Below, piece by piece: positions 13,830-27,616 of a DNA stretch of 64,000 bases. The notes under the pieces were generated by a model. It was not told the origin of the DNA and ran no database searches. It saw only the letters and a list, made by a program, of their open reading frames with translations. Positions within the stretch are counted from its first letter, which is position 1; each line of letters opens with the position of its first letter. The stretch comes from Octopus vulgaris (taxonomy: Eukaryota), in contig OX597816.1 of NCBI GenBank assembly GCA_951406725.2, positions 102,610,001 to 102,674,000 of the forward strand, read 5' to 3'. Both the position numbers and the translations under genes were made by a program.

Positions 13830-13964
13830 CAAAATACATGAATATAGGACACAAAGCACACAACTACATTCAAGAGCGGGACTGAACCCGGAACCAAGTG
13901 GTTGGGAAGCAAGTTTCTTACAACCCAATACGTCTGCACCTACAAATACACACACACAACAAAC

Positions 13965-14086
<122 letters not shown>

Positions 14087-14121
14087 ATCTATATATATAT
14101 ATGAGTGTGTGTGTGGGAGGG

Positions 14122-14228
14122 GACTTTTTCTTTTACCCGAGCGTCAAACTAGTTTGACGCTCGGGAAAATGAAAAAGTCTTTTACGTTTCGAGCATACGG
14201 TCTTCAACAGAAAGGAATAAGAGAAACA

Positions 14229-14315
<87 letters not shown>

Positions 14316-14345
14316 TAAGATTTAGCGGTCAAACATGGTGAATGA
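14122..14345 (-). mobile_element. Penelope-like pLTR remnant with minimal hammerhead motif (14177-14214) and terminal inverted duplication
   Basis: Minus strand cttt-CTGTTGA-a-gaccgtatgctc-GAAA-CG-TA-aaag; perfect 30-bp palindrome cccgagcgtcaaact|agtttgacgctcggg at 14136-14165; related copy at 21455-21645. Confidence 0.65.
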
Positions 14346-15016
14346 TTAGAAAAATGTTTGAAAAAAGAGGTTGAAAGGAAGGGAGATAATAAAGAGTGTA
14401 GTTGATACTAATTTCGGAGTCACTGTCAGCATTATTGCTTAAGAATAATAAGTTTGCACTCCATAAAGTATAGAGTAATCCATCAGTTTAATTTTAAAAT
14501 TGTTTTTATCACAACTGAACATAAAAGCAAGCATTAATATATATATCGGTGTGTATGTATATATATACATGTGTGTACACGTATATACATGTGTGTGTGT
14601 ATGTACACTCATATATAATAATAAAATATAATATGACACTCATACACACATGGTGCTCTTAGTTGCTATCACTTTCCAACATTTTCCAATAAAGTAATTA
14701 TGACTGGCATTTGGTTGGTATGGTATGTGATAAGTATAAATATATACACGTATGTGTATGTTTGTGTATAGACACACAGACCCACTCACGCACACAGACA
14801 ATAATATTATGTGTGTAAGAGCGTTGTTGTGAGGTATATGCGTGTGCATGTAAGTGTGTGTGTGTGCATTAAATGGAGAGGTGTTTGAGACGTCGATAGA
14901 ATGAACTGGGAATAATTATGTGTTGGCAATATAATATGGTAAAGGAAAAACATAAAAGCGTTGAATTTAATCAGCCGCACAAATGTCTGTGCACACAACA
15001 TAGACGTATATGAACA

Positions 15017-15410
<394 letters not shown>

Positions 15411-17226
15411 TATTTTTGTAAGTCTGCGTGTGTCAGTTAGTCTGGAGAACAACAATGGTGGTCACATCCTTTTACAGACTCTGAGGTCGATATAATTGAT
15501 TTAATGTTAAAAACCTTAGCTTTTCTCTCTGTGGGAAACATACTCAGAGGGACCAGCGAATGATAATAAACCCCCTACGTGGGCTCTCTAAGAATATCAG
15601 CCACATTTCCCTCAAACTACACAGCGCCGCTTTTATTTCGCTAATATGCCCCTGAATACATAACGTCTAATAAAATGACGGTATGATCATAGATCTAATT
15701 CATACGTGCTGACTTTAGAATTAAACAACACAGTCAGGGAAGGGATTAGCAGCATCGGTGTGGGAAGGGAAAATTGGAAGAAATGTTTAGTGTGTGTGTG
15801 TGTATGTGTGTGTGTGTGTGTGTGTGAGTGAGTGAGTGTGTGTGTGTTTAGCTGTGATGAGGGAAAGAAATGAAACAGCCAAGTCGGCGTTGTGGTGCAC
15901 TGCTTCTTATTTCGTATAGAAGGAACAGTTGCAGTAATGATAAGAAAAAGGGAGAAAGGTGGATACCTCGTGACAGCGGATTATTTTTGAATTTTGACTC
16001 ATCTCTCTCCACACCTCTCTCATCCGGCTGAACTTTGAAAAACCAGGACTATGATTAGAAGTATTCCCGATATGACAACCTCGTCTGTTATTGTTACTTG
16101 AGGCATAGCGTATCTTTGGCAACACCTATGTAAAGTATTCTTAAATTTTTTAACAATAGCCTATGACTCAATGGAGATTTGATTGTTGTTTCTAGCAGGT
16201 CGGCTACCACATCGGCGTTATCTTGATGTTTCGAGCTGTGAGTGAATTTTTGCTACTCTATGTTGTTGATAGTATATTGAAAATTATGACTTCATAATGA
16301 GATATCTTTATCTTCCTGATCTCACCGTCGGTCCCCATCCATCTTAAGGGACCATAGAAATTGCTTCTTTCCTCTTCTTCCTTCCCCTTCTCCTCAAACC
16401 TTCCTCCCTTCCCAAGCCCTCGCTGTGTTGGCACATCGTATACAATGACTGTACAGGCCTATTCAAGAGAGCCAATTCTTATTGCCTTCACTACAAATAA
16501 CCAACGCTCAATATAAACTACATCATAAACTGAAATAAATAATATTTATTAGGTTAATATCGTAAATAAACAATGTTTATCTTTCTTGTGCCTTACTTCG
16601 ATAACTTTGATAGGTTTCGACCAGTATAGGGCCAGGCCATGTCTAACTTAATAGCACCACCTTATACCAGATTTTTTCCCCTAGCACTCCATTTGTGACC
16701 ATCCCTCCAAACATATTGTTTAAAATAAATCTTAATGTACTTTTTTTTTCCTTTCCCTATTTTAAGATAGAGAGAAAACTTGGCTGCAATATCTTGTGTA
16801 CTATGTGGTCTATATAGCGGTTCATTCGCTTCTCATGAATAAAACACACTCTACTCAACGGAACAAAATAATTCAAAATTAAAAACGACATCGAGATAAA
16901 AAAGATCCTGTTTATTGTAACAAGTTTCCAACCTGCACGGTCCTTGCTGCTACACGGTTTGATCACACTGTCGCATTTAGACATTTTATTTACAACAGCC
17001 CCAGAACGCTACGACACCATTCTTTAAAGATAAATGTTATTCCAGCCGACATTAACGTAGAAATAAGCAATCAAATCTACTTTACATCGTGTCCTATAGT
17101 TTTAACAAAGATAAAAGAATATAGTCCCCTGATACAAAAGAAGACTTGATGACCACAGCTAGAATGCTTTTGATCATAAGCCTGCTGACATGGTGTTAAG
17201 TAACAGCATTATTATCACTCTCGATA

Positions 17227-17460
17227 AGGCTGTGAGCTTGCCGAATCGTTAACACACTAGGCAAAATGCTTCACGGCATTTCGTTCGTCTTTACGTTATG
17301 AATTTAAATTCCGTATTTGACTGGTAACATTTATTTATCGGCTCTTAAAGAACGAAAAAAATTGAATTTTTGAAGTATTTGAACTCGACACGTAAAGAAC
17401 CGGAAGAAATCCCACTGAATATGTTATCCGAAGCATTAACGATTCTGTCAGCTCGCAACC
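17227..17460. mobile_element. Adjacent inverted SINE-A pieces (+ 17227-17312, - 17313-17460)
   Basis: gagcttgccgaatcgttaac...aaatgct on the left; agcattaacgattctgtcagctc on the right. Confidence 0.7.
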
Positions 17461-17476
17461 CTAGTGAACCAGTGAA

Positions 17477-17559
<83 letters not shown>

Positions 17560-17892
17560 AAATGAGTTATTACATTGTTTGTTAAATACGTCAAAAGTAA
17601 ACTACATAGGATTCGAATCAGTGAGCTTTATCATGAATTCAAATATTTTCTTCATATGTCATTAAAAGAAGAATGTATTTAACACCACGATTCTAAGCCG
17701 CCATCAAAGACAAGGCCTCATTATTGACAGAAATATGAGACAGAGGTAAATCGGAAGAGCCAATTCTAGGTGATGCGAGCATGTTGTTGCTATTAATGTT
17801 CTTGCTACTGCTGCTGATGATGATGACAATGATAATGATTTTTTTATATTGGTTACAAGGGCCTCAGATATTGAAGACAAAATCAAAGAACA

Positions 17893-17924
17893 TAATAATA
17901 ATAATAGTAATAATAATAATAATG

Positions 17925-17991
<67 letters not shown>

Positions 17992-18008
17992 TGATGATGA
18001 TGATGATA
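17893..18008. repeat. (TAA)n/(TGA)n microsatellite
   Basis: Directly visible. Confidence 0.95.
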
Positions 18009-18449
18009 AAACAGAAATAGATCTCATTCTACGCAAGGTAATTTCAGTTCAATGGTACAACTAAAGTATTACACAACACTATACCCTATAAATTAATCAC
18101 CACCAAACAATGTGAAAAGTATCCATTAAACACATACAAGACCAGCCAATAAAACACTACTTATAGTCTTAAAAAATCTTTACTCGATATGCTATAACGT
18201 CAACAACTCATAGCACTGCATATTCGGCAGCCATTAATATAACACAAGTCGAAGAAGACTGAGTTATCTCCCCTCATTCCAATGACCTCTCTAATTTTGT
18301 ATTTTCCGAGAACAATGAAATAAGTACGAGACAAAGTACTACGGTCTATATAATTAACGAAAAAAAAAAGGGAAGACAGATTGAAGGTAGTACCCCAGCA
18401 TGGCCATAGTGGAATGGCTGAAATCAAAAAAAAAAATCTATGTGGCTAT

Positions 18450-19080
18450 AAACAATGACCTATATAATGACCTGGCTTCTACATCCTCAGTACACAGGTA
18501 CCTCCATTTAATGAGCTAGTGGCACATTTATAGTGCCCTACTAACCTATATCCAACAGACTATTGACCTATATTTCAAATACGAGTGACCTATATTAGAT
18601 GAACGTATGACTTATATATGCCATGAACTATTGATCTATATAAAAACTGGTACACGTATTGACCTAATGACCTAATGACCTATATACACAATTCATGACA
18701 TTGGCTATAATTTGGTGACCTTCAATAACGAAACAGTGACCTTCACAATATATATGAGCTGTATAGCAAATAAACGACCTTCACGTCGTTTTAAGGCTTT
18801 CAAAATCAAGGATTGACTTCCAGAAAGGAAATGACCTTCACAGGAAATGCATAACCATCACCTAAAGCTAATGATCTTTACGACACACTATAGATTTCTA
18901 ATTGAAACTAATAGCAAAAAGAAAAAAAATGAACTTCATATACAATAATTACTGTTTCACATAATCTGTTGACCTAATATACCATATACATCCTTTACAG
19001 TAACCTGTAGATGGTCACAAAGTACCAATAACTTACTCAACAGATTATATATTTCGACCGGAGTTTCTGACCTTCAAAGC
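18450..19080 (+). repeat. Degenerate array with 12 exact TGACCT cores, all on the + strand
   Basis: TGACCT at 18456, 18468, 18564, 18586, 18660, 18668, 18676, 18716, 18737, 18832, 18970, 19068, plus one-mismatch variants in between. Confidence 0.75.
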
Positions 19081-19369
19081 GAATTTATGACTTTAAGAGA
19101 AAAGGGCGATCTAAGTTAAGGACACTGATTTTTCTTGATGGTCTCCATCTAGCTCTTACCGTCAAAAAAGAACATCGTAAAAAGACGATAGTAGAGATGT
19201 TTCGAGTTCCCATACTGGAAACATCACTACTGACGTCTTCCAGCGTATACGATCTAATTCAAATTAGCAAACTTTATAACTATGACGTGGTTACTTTCAA
19301 ATGACGCCAGTCATTTTTTACAACAACAACAACAACAATAATAATTGTAATTTTTATTATTATTATATA

Positions 19370-19576
19370 AGGCAGCGAGCTGGCAGAATCGTTAACACGC
19401 AGAGCGAAATGCTTAGCGGCATTTCGTCCCGTCTTTACGCCCTGAGTTCACATTCCGTCGCGGTCAACACATTCCGTCGGGGTCGATAAAATAAGCACCA
19501 GTCGAGCACTGGGGTCGATGTAATCGACTAATACCCTCCCCTGACATCTCAGGTCTTGTGCCTATAGTAGAAAGGA
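19370..19576 (+). mobile_element. SINE-A, near full length, tail type 3
   Basis: ggcagcgagctggcagaatcgttaac...gagttcacattcc...gcactggggtcgatgtaatcgact...cttgtgcctatagtagaaagga followed by (CTA)n. Confidence 0.9.
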
Positions 19577-19581
19577 CTACG

Positions 19582-19619
<38 letters not shown>

Positions 19620-20503
19620 AACCTTCCTAAATATCATAACTGTCCCTAATAATACTGGGTTTTTTTTTGAGCTACACTAAACTAGGATTTCCTCTATCCA
19701 TCCACTCAAATCTTTATGAATAATTCCTACTGCACTTATAACTACAAGGATACATTTTACCCGCACTTTCCATAGCCTCTCTTACTCAATTACTAGATCC
19801 TGGTATTTGCTACTTTCTTTATACAATTCGTATTGACTTTCTCATCACTTGGGACAGTAAAGTCGATTACCTAGAACTTTCTATTCTCTTTGTCTACCCT
19901 TTGTCTAAATCAGGCCTTCTAGCTTCTATTTCTCTGCCAGTCTGAATGTTAAAATCCTGTACCTTATATTCCTTACTTTCTAGCACTTTGTTAGGTTCAG
20001 GTTCATACAGCTTATCAATATGATCAAATCCTACCTTTCTACAACTCCTTGTGGAACATTCTTCCTAGGTTGTCATGTATTTTATATTCCTTCTGTGCCT
20101 GCATACTACATTCTCTAACTATGAGTGACACTTTGATTTACATTATCTACACAGGGAATCCACTTGATTTTTGTCTATCTTAGCTTTTATTCAGTTAGTC
20201 CTCCTCAATGCCTGATCTTGTGCTGCTACTAATAAACTTTCCGTCTCCATTTCCAATCGTCCTTTCTGTAATCGCAGAGTCTTACTATTACTATTTTTTG
20301 CAACTATCTTTGGAGAGCTACCATGCAAAGCCAATCAGATAATCTTGATTCTTTTACTGGTTTTTACCTACATTTCAGTTTCTGCTTTCCCTAGCTCCTA
20401 CTGTTGTTCTTGCAGATCTTAAAGTTTCTTCACTATTACCTACGTAGGAGGCTATAACCACTCTAGCTAACTCCACACAGTCTTCTACTGATATTAAACC
20501 TCT
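19620..20503 (-). mobile_element. 5'-truncated RLE-type non-LTR retrotransposon (R4/Dong-like), decayed
   Basis: Minus frames: RGLISVEDCV; ETESLLVAAQDQALR; CR*C...H...C zinc knuckle then AQKEYKIHD; IQTGREIEARRPDL; VIDFTVPSD; KYQDL..E..RLWK; VVISAVG; LGTVMIFRKV. Stops and frameshifts present. Confidence 0.9.
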
Positions 20504-20840
20504 ACTATTATTATTATTATTATTATAAATATGAGTCCAGACGTAAAAACTTAAGGTCATCATTCCCAAGATTCGATGCAGAGTAAATTTTATGGCAAAC
20601 AGAAGCACATAAAGTTAATTATATTTATTCAGATATGTTACAAAATGCCTGCAGTTGACTGGACGTTTTGCCTCAGCAATCAATAGAATTAGCATTTGCT
20701 CTTAAACATAACCACTGAACACACACACACACATACACATACAGCTAGAAAGAGAGAGAAAGGGAGGACTAGAGAGAGAGAAAGAGAACGTAATGATGGT
20801 GTCACAATATAAATGCTTTTAGTTACTTCAAGAGACACAG

Positions 20841-20940
<100 letters not shown>

Positions 20941-21401
20941 TTCTCCACCAACCTTCCACTCTGTCATACTTATTTATCTTATTCAGCATTCTTTATTTTA
21001 CTTTCTTTCACTCCCTCTCACCTCTCTCAGATAAGCCAGTGTTTTCTCCCACATTACTTATTTTAAGTAATTCATCTTTTCTGTGGTGAAACTCTTTCTT
21101 CTTTCCACCATTTCTCTCTTACAAATATTATTTCTTCCTCTAACTCTTCTTTTATCCATCCCAGTATTTCATTGGCAACTCACATGACTGCCTATCTTGA
21201 TCGCTTGTTGACTGCTGGATATATCTCACTTTCGCACCTACTCTATCGATATCCTCCTAGTCTAATAAACTAATCTACCTCCCTTTATGGTAATATATTC
21301 TTCTATCTCTGTCTGTCCGTCTGTCTGCCTGTGTTTCTGTCTCTGTCTCTCTCCCCTCCATCTCTCTTCCACAATATTCAGCACAAACACTTCTTTCTCC
21401 G

Positions 21402-21447
<46 letters not shown>

Positions 21448-21454
21448 GGAAGCT

Positions 21455-21640
21455 TTATGAAAATAAACAAAAGACGAAGGCAGGTGGAATACAAACAAAC
21501 AATTGTATTAGTATGGCGCTCAGGAATATAAATAAAAAAAGTCTTTTACGTTTCGAGCCTACGCCCTTCAACAGAAAGATACACAGAGAAGAAACACAGA
21601 AAGAAGGTGAGAAAAAAAATGCGTGCAGAGGCTAGCGAAT

Positions 21641-21645
<5 letters not shown>
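21455..21645 (-). mobile_element. Penelope-like pLTR remnant with minimal hammerhead motif (21542-21579)
   Basis: Minus strand tcttt-CTGTTGA-a-gggc-gtag-gctc-GAAA-CG-TA-aaaga; stem I tcttt/aaaga, stem II gggc/gctc. Confidence 0.65.
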
Positions 21646-21675
<30 letters not shown>

Positions 21676-21922
21676 TAGATAAATGGTACAACAAGGCGGC
21701 ACCAATATTTACTGGAAATATATATGATTTAATAAAGTATCATTATTATTATTAGGAATAAGAATAACAATAAAGTGGCCAACAAGTTTAACTTAAACAG
21801 GCAAAATATACAAATAAATTTTCTTATATTCGTTACATTTATTGTGCGTGTTTCTTAATAGTGAGAAATTTGTGTTGACTCCTACTAGATGAAGTTGGTA
21901 TTTCGGTACCCTAATACACACA

Positions 21923-21989
<67 letters not shown>

Positions 21990-22154
21990 GGAGGAGAGAG
22001 GGGAATGAGAAAGTGAGAGATAGTGAAAGAATATAGAATTGAAAAAAGTGGAAAGTGATGGTAAAAAATGGCATGTGATCGTAGGTGTGAATGACTCTCC
22101 CTACACGCCCGTCTATGAACATATGTATATATATATATAATACATACATACATG

Positions 22155-22202
<48 letters not shown>

Positions 22203-22684
22203 CACATACATATATATATATGTATGAATGTATGTAAGTATGCATGCATGTATGCATGTATATATGAATGTTTGCATGAATGTATGTACATGAGAATGTG
22301 CGCCCACGTGCTCGTGTGTTTAAAAGTGATATTCAAGTGTCAACTGGTGCGTTGTTCCTATAATTCAATCTTGACAGTTGTTTAGGAGAAGAAGAGAGAG
22401 AGATAACGAGAGATAACAAGAGAGATAGAGAGGCGGGAGGGTGCGTGCGTGTCTGTGTAGATGGTTCTGAATAAAAAAATAATTTAGGCGGGGTTGGGTG
22501 TCTGTAATATGAGAGTCTGTAAAATGTATGTGTGTTATATAGCGTGATGTATATGTGTGCAGTGTGATGTGTTTGCATGTTTGAATAAGAGACGGTAGAT
22601 ACTGCAGCAGAAGGAATATGAGGTAGATAGGTAGGTAAGATGTAGGTGGATGGGTATATTGGACGATAAATGGATAGACTGAGA

Positions 22685-22764
<80 letters not shown>

Positions 22765-22927
22765 CATCCATCCATCCATCCATCCATCCATTGATGGTTA
22801 ATGTCAATGCAAGAAACTCTCGGCCATGGAGTCACTCTAACTTTGTCGATTATTAATAAAATATATGTACACGCATGATTTGACTTCTATTTTCCTGTTT
22901 GTTACACCAAACCTCTCTCTCTCTCTC

Positions 22928-22958
<31 letters not shown>

Positions 22959-23085
22959 GCCTGTCTATCTTCATGTTTATTTTATGATTAGTTATGATAA
23001 AAACAATCTTGTATTAACTTTACGATAGTTTTCGAGGTCAAAACTTCGAAGTCATTATCAATAATATTCTTGTTTAAGAATAGTG

Positions 23086-23119
<34 letters not shown>

Positions 23120-23121
23120 GG

Positions 23122-23157
<36 letters not shown>

Positions 23158-23757
23158 GGGAGAAGAAAGAGCGGGATAGGGAGAGGCAGGTAAAATTGAT
23201 TATGATGAGGTCGATAATGATGATTATGATGATAACGGCATGCTGTTCATAATGATAACATGAATGATGATAATGGTAATTATTGTACTGAAGTTGGTGG
23301 TAACGGTGATTGTGATGGTGATGATGATGATGATGAGGAGGAGGAGGATGGGAGGTGGAAGAGGACGGGGATGATAGCGGTTGTGCTAACGATTTTGGTG
23401 GTGGCGTCGATTGCTGTGGTAGTGGTGGTGGTGGTGCCGGCGATGAGGACAAGCATCTCAGTGACAAACGCCATGCTGCTGTAGTTACATCCTGGACGAA
23501 TTGCATTCACGATCCCGGTTTTCGATTCTCCGTTCGGAGTGCTTCGCTCACATTTTGCTAAAATGCCCCTGGGAAAACGGCATAAATATCGCCGCTTCGC
23601 ATTTTCCGAACGCACACCACCATCGTCCACTTCTTTAAGAGTAAAGTTATCATATGTAATTAAAAACTCATTATTCGCATCTGGTGTGTTATCTGATTGC
23701 ATATCAGCGATAACTGTTAGTGGCTGGGGTTAATAATATTGACAAAGTAACAATATA

Positions 23758-23796
<39 letters not shown>

Positions 23797-24856
23797 ACTA
23801 AACCAATAGATTCTATGAGAGATGGAAGAAGGAGGAAAAAGGACCAGGAAAAGGAGGGGAATATTTTGAAGATTTTTGGGCGGGGAGGGGGTCCCTTAGG
23901 GTAAACTTACGCAGGTAAATTCTTAACCAGCAGTAAGTTGAAACTGCGAGATAAACTTGAAGTGCCTGCCATTCACAATATACGAAGGTGAAGTTCAAGG
24001 GTTTCTAATTTTGGAATGTGTTAAAGAATTTGGCGAAAAGTAAAGGAACGATGCATCAAAAGAGTCAAGAAATGAATCCCTGACGTCTTCTTGGAAGAAT
24101 ACGAAATGGTTTGTCGTTACTTTCTTCCGAATCTCTTTTTACAAGACATCATCTTGTCGGCTGTAGAGGTAGTTCTTTGGCTGAGAGAAAGAAGGAACCG
24201 GAGAGAGAGAGGGTGGAGTGGGGAAAATGCGGGAATTAGGGAGAGAAGAGGTATGAGAGAGAATGGAGATATAGACTTTAAGAAAATAATTGAAATATAT
24301 TTATCGACCCTGAAAGGCTGAATTCTGTATTGAGTCGAATGGCAAAATGTGTCACTCAAGAAGGACTTCAGTTTGAACAATTTTCATGATGTTTCATATT
24401 TAGATGCTTTTATTAAATTCATCCACTTGTTAAACATAAATAAATATTGGAATTAAATGGTTTTGATTTACTGTCAGGTGACTTTTGGCCAACCCTATAT
24501 ATATTGATCTCTCTAGGAATGAAGAGGAAAACTTAACATTTAGAGCGTTTGAAGCACTAGGATGCTTTGAGACATTTACTCCCGTTCTGTGCATTTTGAG
24601 TTCAAAATCCGCATTAACTATCCTTATAATGAAACGATGTTTTCCGAGCGGACTAATGATAAAAAAAAAACAGTAAAGGGTAGTGAACTTAAAAAGAATA
24701 TACGTCGTTATTGGACAGTGTTCCATTAAAAAAATCATGACGATGATGAGGAGTGATACAAATTTTAAAAAAACCTACCCAAACGGAGGTATGATATTCT
24801 TAATAAAACTGTTGCAAATGTCCTGAGTAGATGAAGTCTCTCTCTCTCTCTTTCTG

Positions 24857-24922
<66 letters not shown>

Positions 24923-26431
24923 TAGTAAAACTGATTGTTTAAAAGAGAGGTTTGACGAATATCACAAAACATTTTATCCGAGGGCTAACTGTGACTCGAC
25001 AATTTTTGTCTGACAAAAATACCTTGAAGGGAAGCACGGCATTTAAAGACGTTAGATTTCTCTAGGGATGTTTGATATTTGTCATAAATCTGCAGGTTGT
25101 GGCACCCTTGGTAGGATGCAGACCGTCGATTGTACTCTACTGACTTGTCCGTTTACGTAAACGCTTAGGGGCGTTCTAAAAACTAGTCTATGACTGTCGT
25201 TTTGAATGGGATTTGTGCAAGGATTTATTCATGCTTTGAAAAAGGGGATTAAGAGATGAAATTTAAAACAAAAATAAAAAAAATAAAAATACAACAATAA
25301 CAATAACGACAGCAAGAAATACATGCCTGACTTTGTAGAGTTAATTCAGACTTTGTGATGGAGTTTTGTGTCAGAAAGAGATGTCAACATGTAGCGTTAT
25401 GGGAGATGGTAAATTCTTAGAAATTGAAGGGAATCATATGATTGGGGTTAGATAGAGGAATAACAAAGAAACAAGTTCAGTATTGTAGGTGTGTTTTCTT
25501 TGAAATAAATAGGCATCAGTGAAGGACATTATAATCACATTTCTTCTCACTAATAATTGAACTAATACAATTCCATATATGGACAATGGAACAACTATGT
25601 GCATGGATGTAAATCTCAGCATATATATTTATTATAGTATAATTTTTGATATAGTTGTTGCTGTTGTTTTTGTTGTTGTTGCTGTTGTTGTTGTTATGAC
25701 GTTGACAAGTTGGCAGATTCATTACACTGTGTGACACCGATTGTGCCCGAGAATTACGTTAAGGATACTTGGGATGCACATATCTGTGGAATGTTCAGCC
25801 ACATGCTTATTCGACGAAGATTCAGTGTACACACACATACACACATACAAACACACACGCGCGCACACACACACACACATGTATACACACACCACGCATA
25901 ACTATGTATGTATATATGTCTATATGTGTGTCTGTATGTTTACGTATGCAGTTATAGAAGCCCTGGAACATCTCTGTTTCTGAGTGCTGTAGGTATATAG
26001 TGCAAGAGTATATAGTTCCTGTGAGTATATATAAATGGCAAGTATGTATATTGTGGACAATAAGGTCGTGAATAAAAGTACGTGTCCATACATTGAGCAG
26101 AAGAGAGAGAGAGATAAAAGGGCGAAGGTCACTCCCCCCCCCTCATCATCATCATCATCAGTATGTCCTCTATTTCTATCTCTCCCCCTCCTCCTACTCC
26201 TGTGCATTTGCCTATAACAGTCCTTATCTACCATCTGCTCATTTTGTGCTTGATTTTATTCCACCAGATCCTCTCACATTTATCTGCCTGAACCCCCCCC
26301 TCTCTCTCTCACACGCAACTTGTTTTTTAGTCTTTTTAACTTCTCTCTCTTTCTCACATGTTTGTTTTCTTCACAATCTAGCTTCAGATATATGTGTGTG
26401 TATACATACACACACCACACACGTACATGTG

Positions 26432-26463
<32 letters not shown>

Positions 26464-26740
26464 GGTAAGTGTATGCATATGCATATATATATATATGCAC
26501 ATGCATATATATGCATATGCATATATATATATATTTGTGTGTGTGTGTATGTATTTGTGCATGCATCTGTATCTCACTCAGTCTTTTATTTTATTTCGCG
26601 TGCGAGCACATGCACATACCCGTCAATGTAGATATGCACGTATACTTACATGCCTGGCACGTGGCATACATAAATATCCAGGGCAAGTAGTAGGTATTAA
26701 AGAAGTAAATTCTCAACGGAATTGCTTATCACTCTCAGTA

Positions 26741-27120
26741 GGACAATATATCTGTCAATTTTTTCTACTATAGGCACAAGACCCGAAATATTTGTGGAAG
26801 AAGCTACTCGAATGCATCAATTATTTTATCGACCCCGATAGCAGGAAGAAATTCCTCAAAGCATTTGTCCGACGTTATAACGATCCTGCCGGCTCGCCTC
26901 CTTGGGACAATATACTGTAATCCTTTCTGTTATTGGCACAAGGCTTGAGACTAATCGATTATACCGATCATAGTTCTTATTTTATCGACCCCGAATAGAT
27001 GAAAGGCAGAGTCGAACTCGACGGAATTAGAATTCAGAACGTAAACCAAACCAAATGCTTTGTTGTATTTCGTCCGGCGTGCTAACGATTCTGCCAGTTC
27101 GTCGCTTCAAGGACAATATA
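26741..27120 (-). mobile_element. Two tandem SINE-A copies punctuated by three copies of GGACAATATA
   Basis: GGACAATATA at 26741, 26905 and 27111; SINE bodies ~26762-26902 and ~26919-27108. Confidence 0.8.
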
Positions 27121-27616
27121 CCATAATGATAATAAAAAAATATTGCTTTTAGAAACATACACAATACCTATATACATATATATATATGTATGCATGTATG
27201 TGTGTGTGTCTTTGTGTGTGCGTGCGTATTTGTGTGTGTGTGTGTGTGTGTACGCACTAAGAGAAACAACCACGGTCGGGTAACTGTTGAGAGTACGATG
27301 CTTCTCCTAGTTGGTTAGATCTTGGATCTTAGACTGCCTTAAAGGATAATCAGTTAATCCATTTATTTTCGCAAGGCATGCTAAGATTTCATATATCTAT
27401 CGATTTTGTTTTCAACACTTCAATAATTAAGAACTGCTTTCAAAAGTTATCCCAGGAAACACTCAGTCTAATTCCGAGAGGGGCATAATAATGAATGTAC
27501 AATTTTTAGCTCACAAACTTTCTGTAATAGACGCTGATCCGATCTTGACGCTTTTATGATCGAAGTGATATATTCGTTGTTGATTTGAAATCATGAGAAT
27601 GAGATAAAATTCATTA

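Noticed and set aside
15907-16125. Minus-strand 72-aa ORF with possible AG/GT boundaries
   Set aside because: Weak splice signals and no recognisable protein similarity
23280-23702. 140-aa minus-strand ORF as a CDS
   Set aside because: About a third is trinucleotide repeat and the rest has no recognisable motif; kept only as a candidate non-coding island
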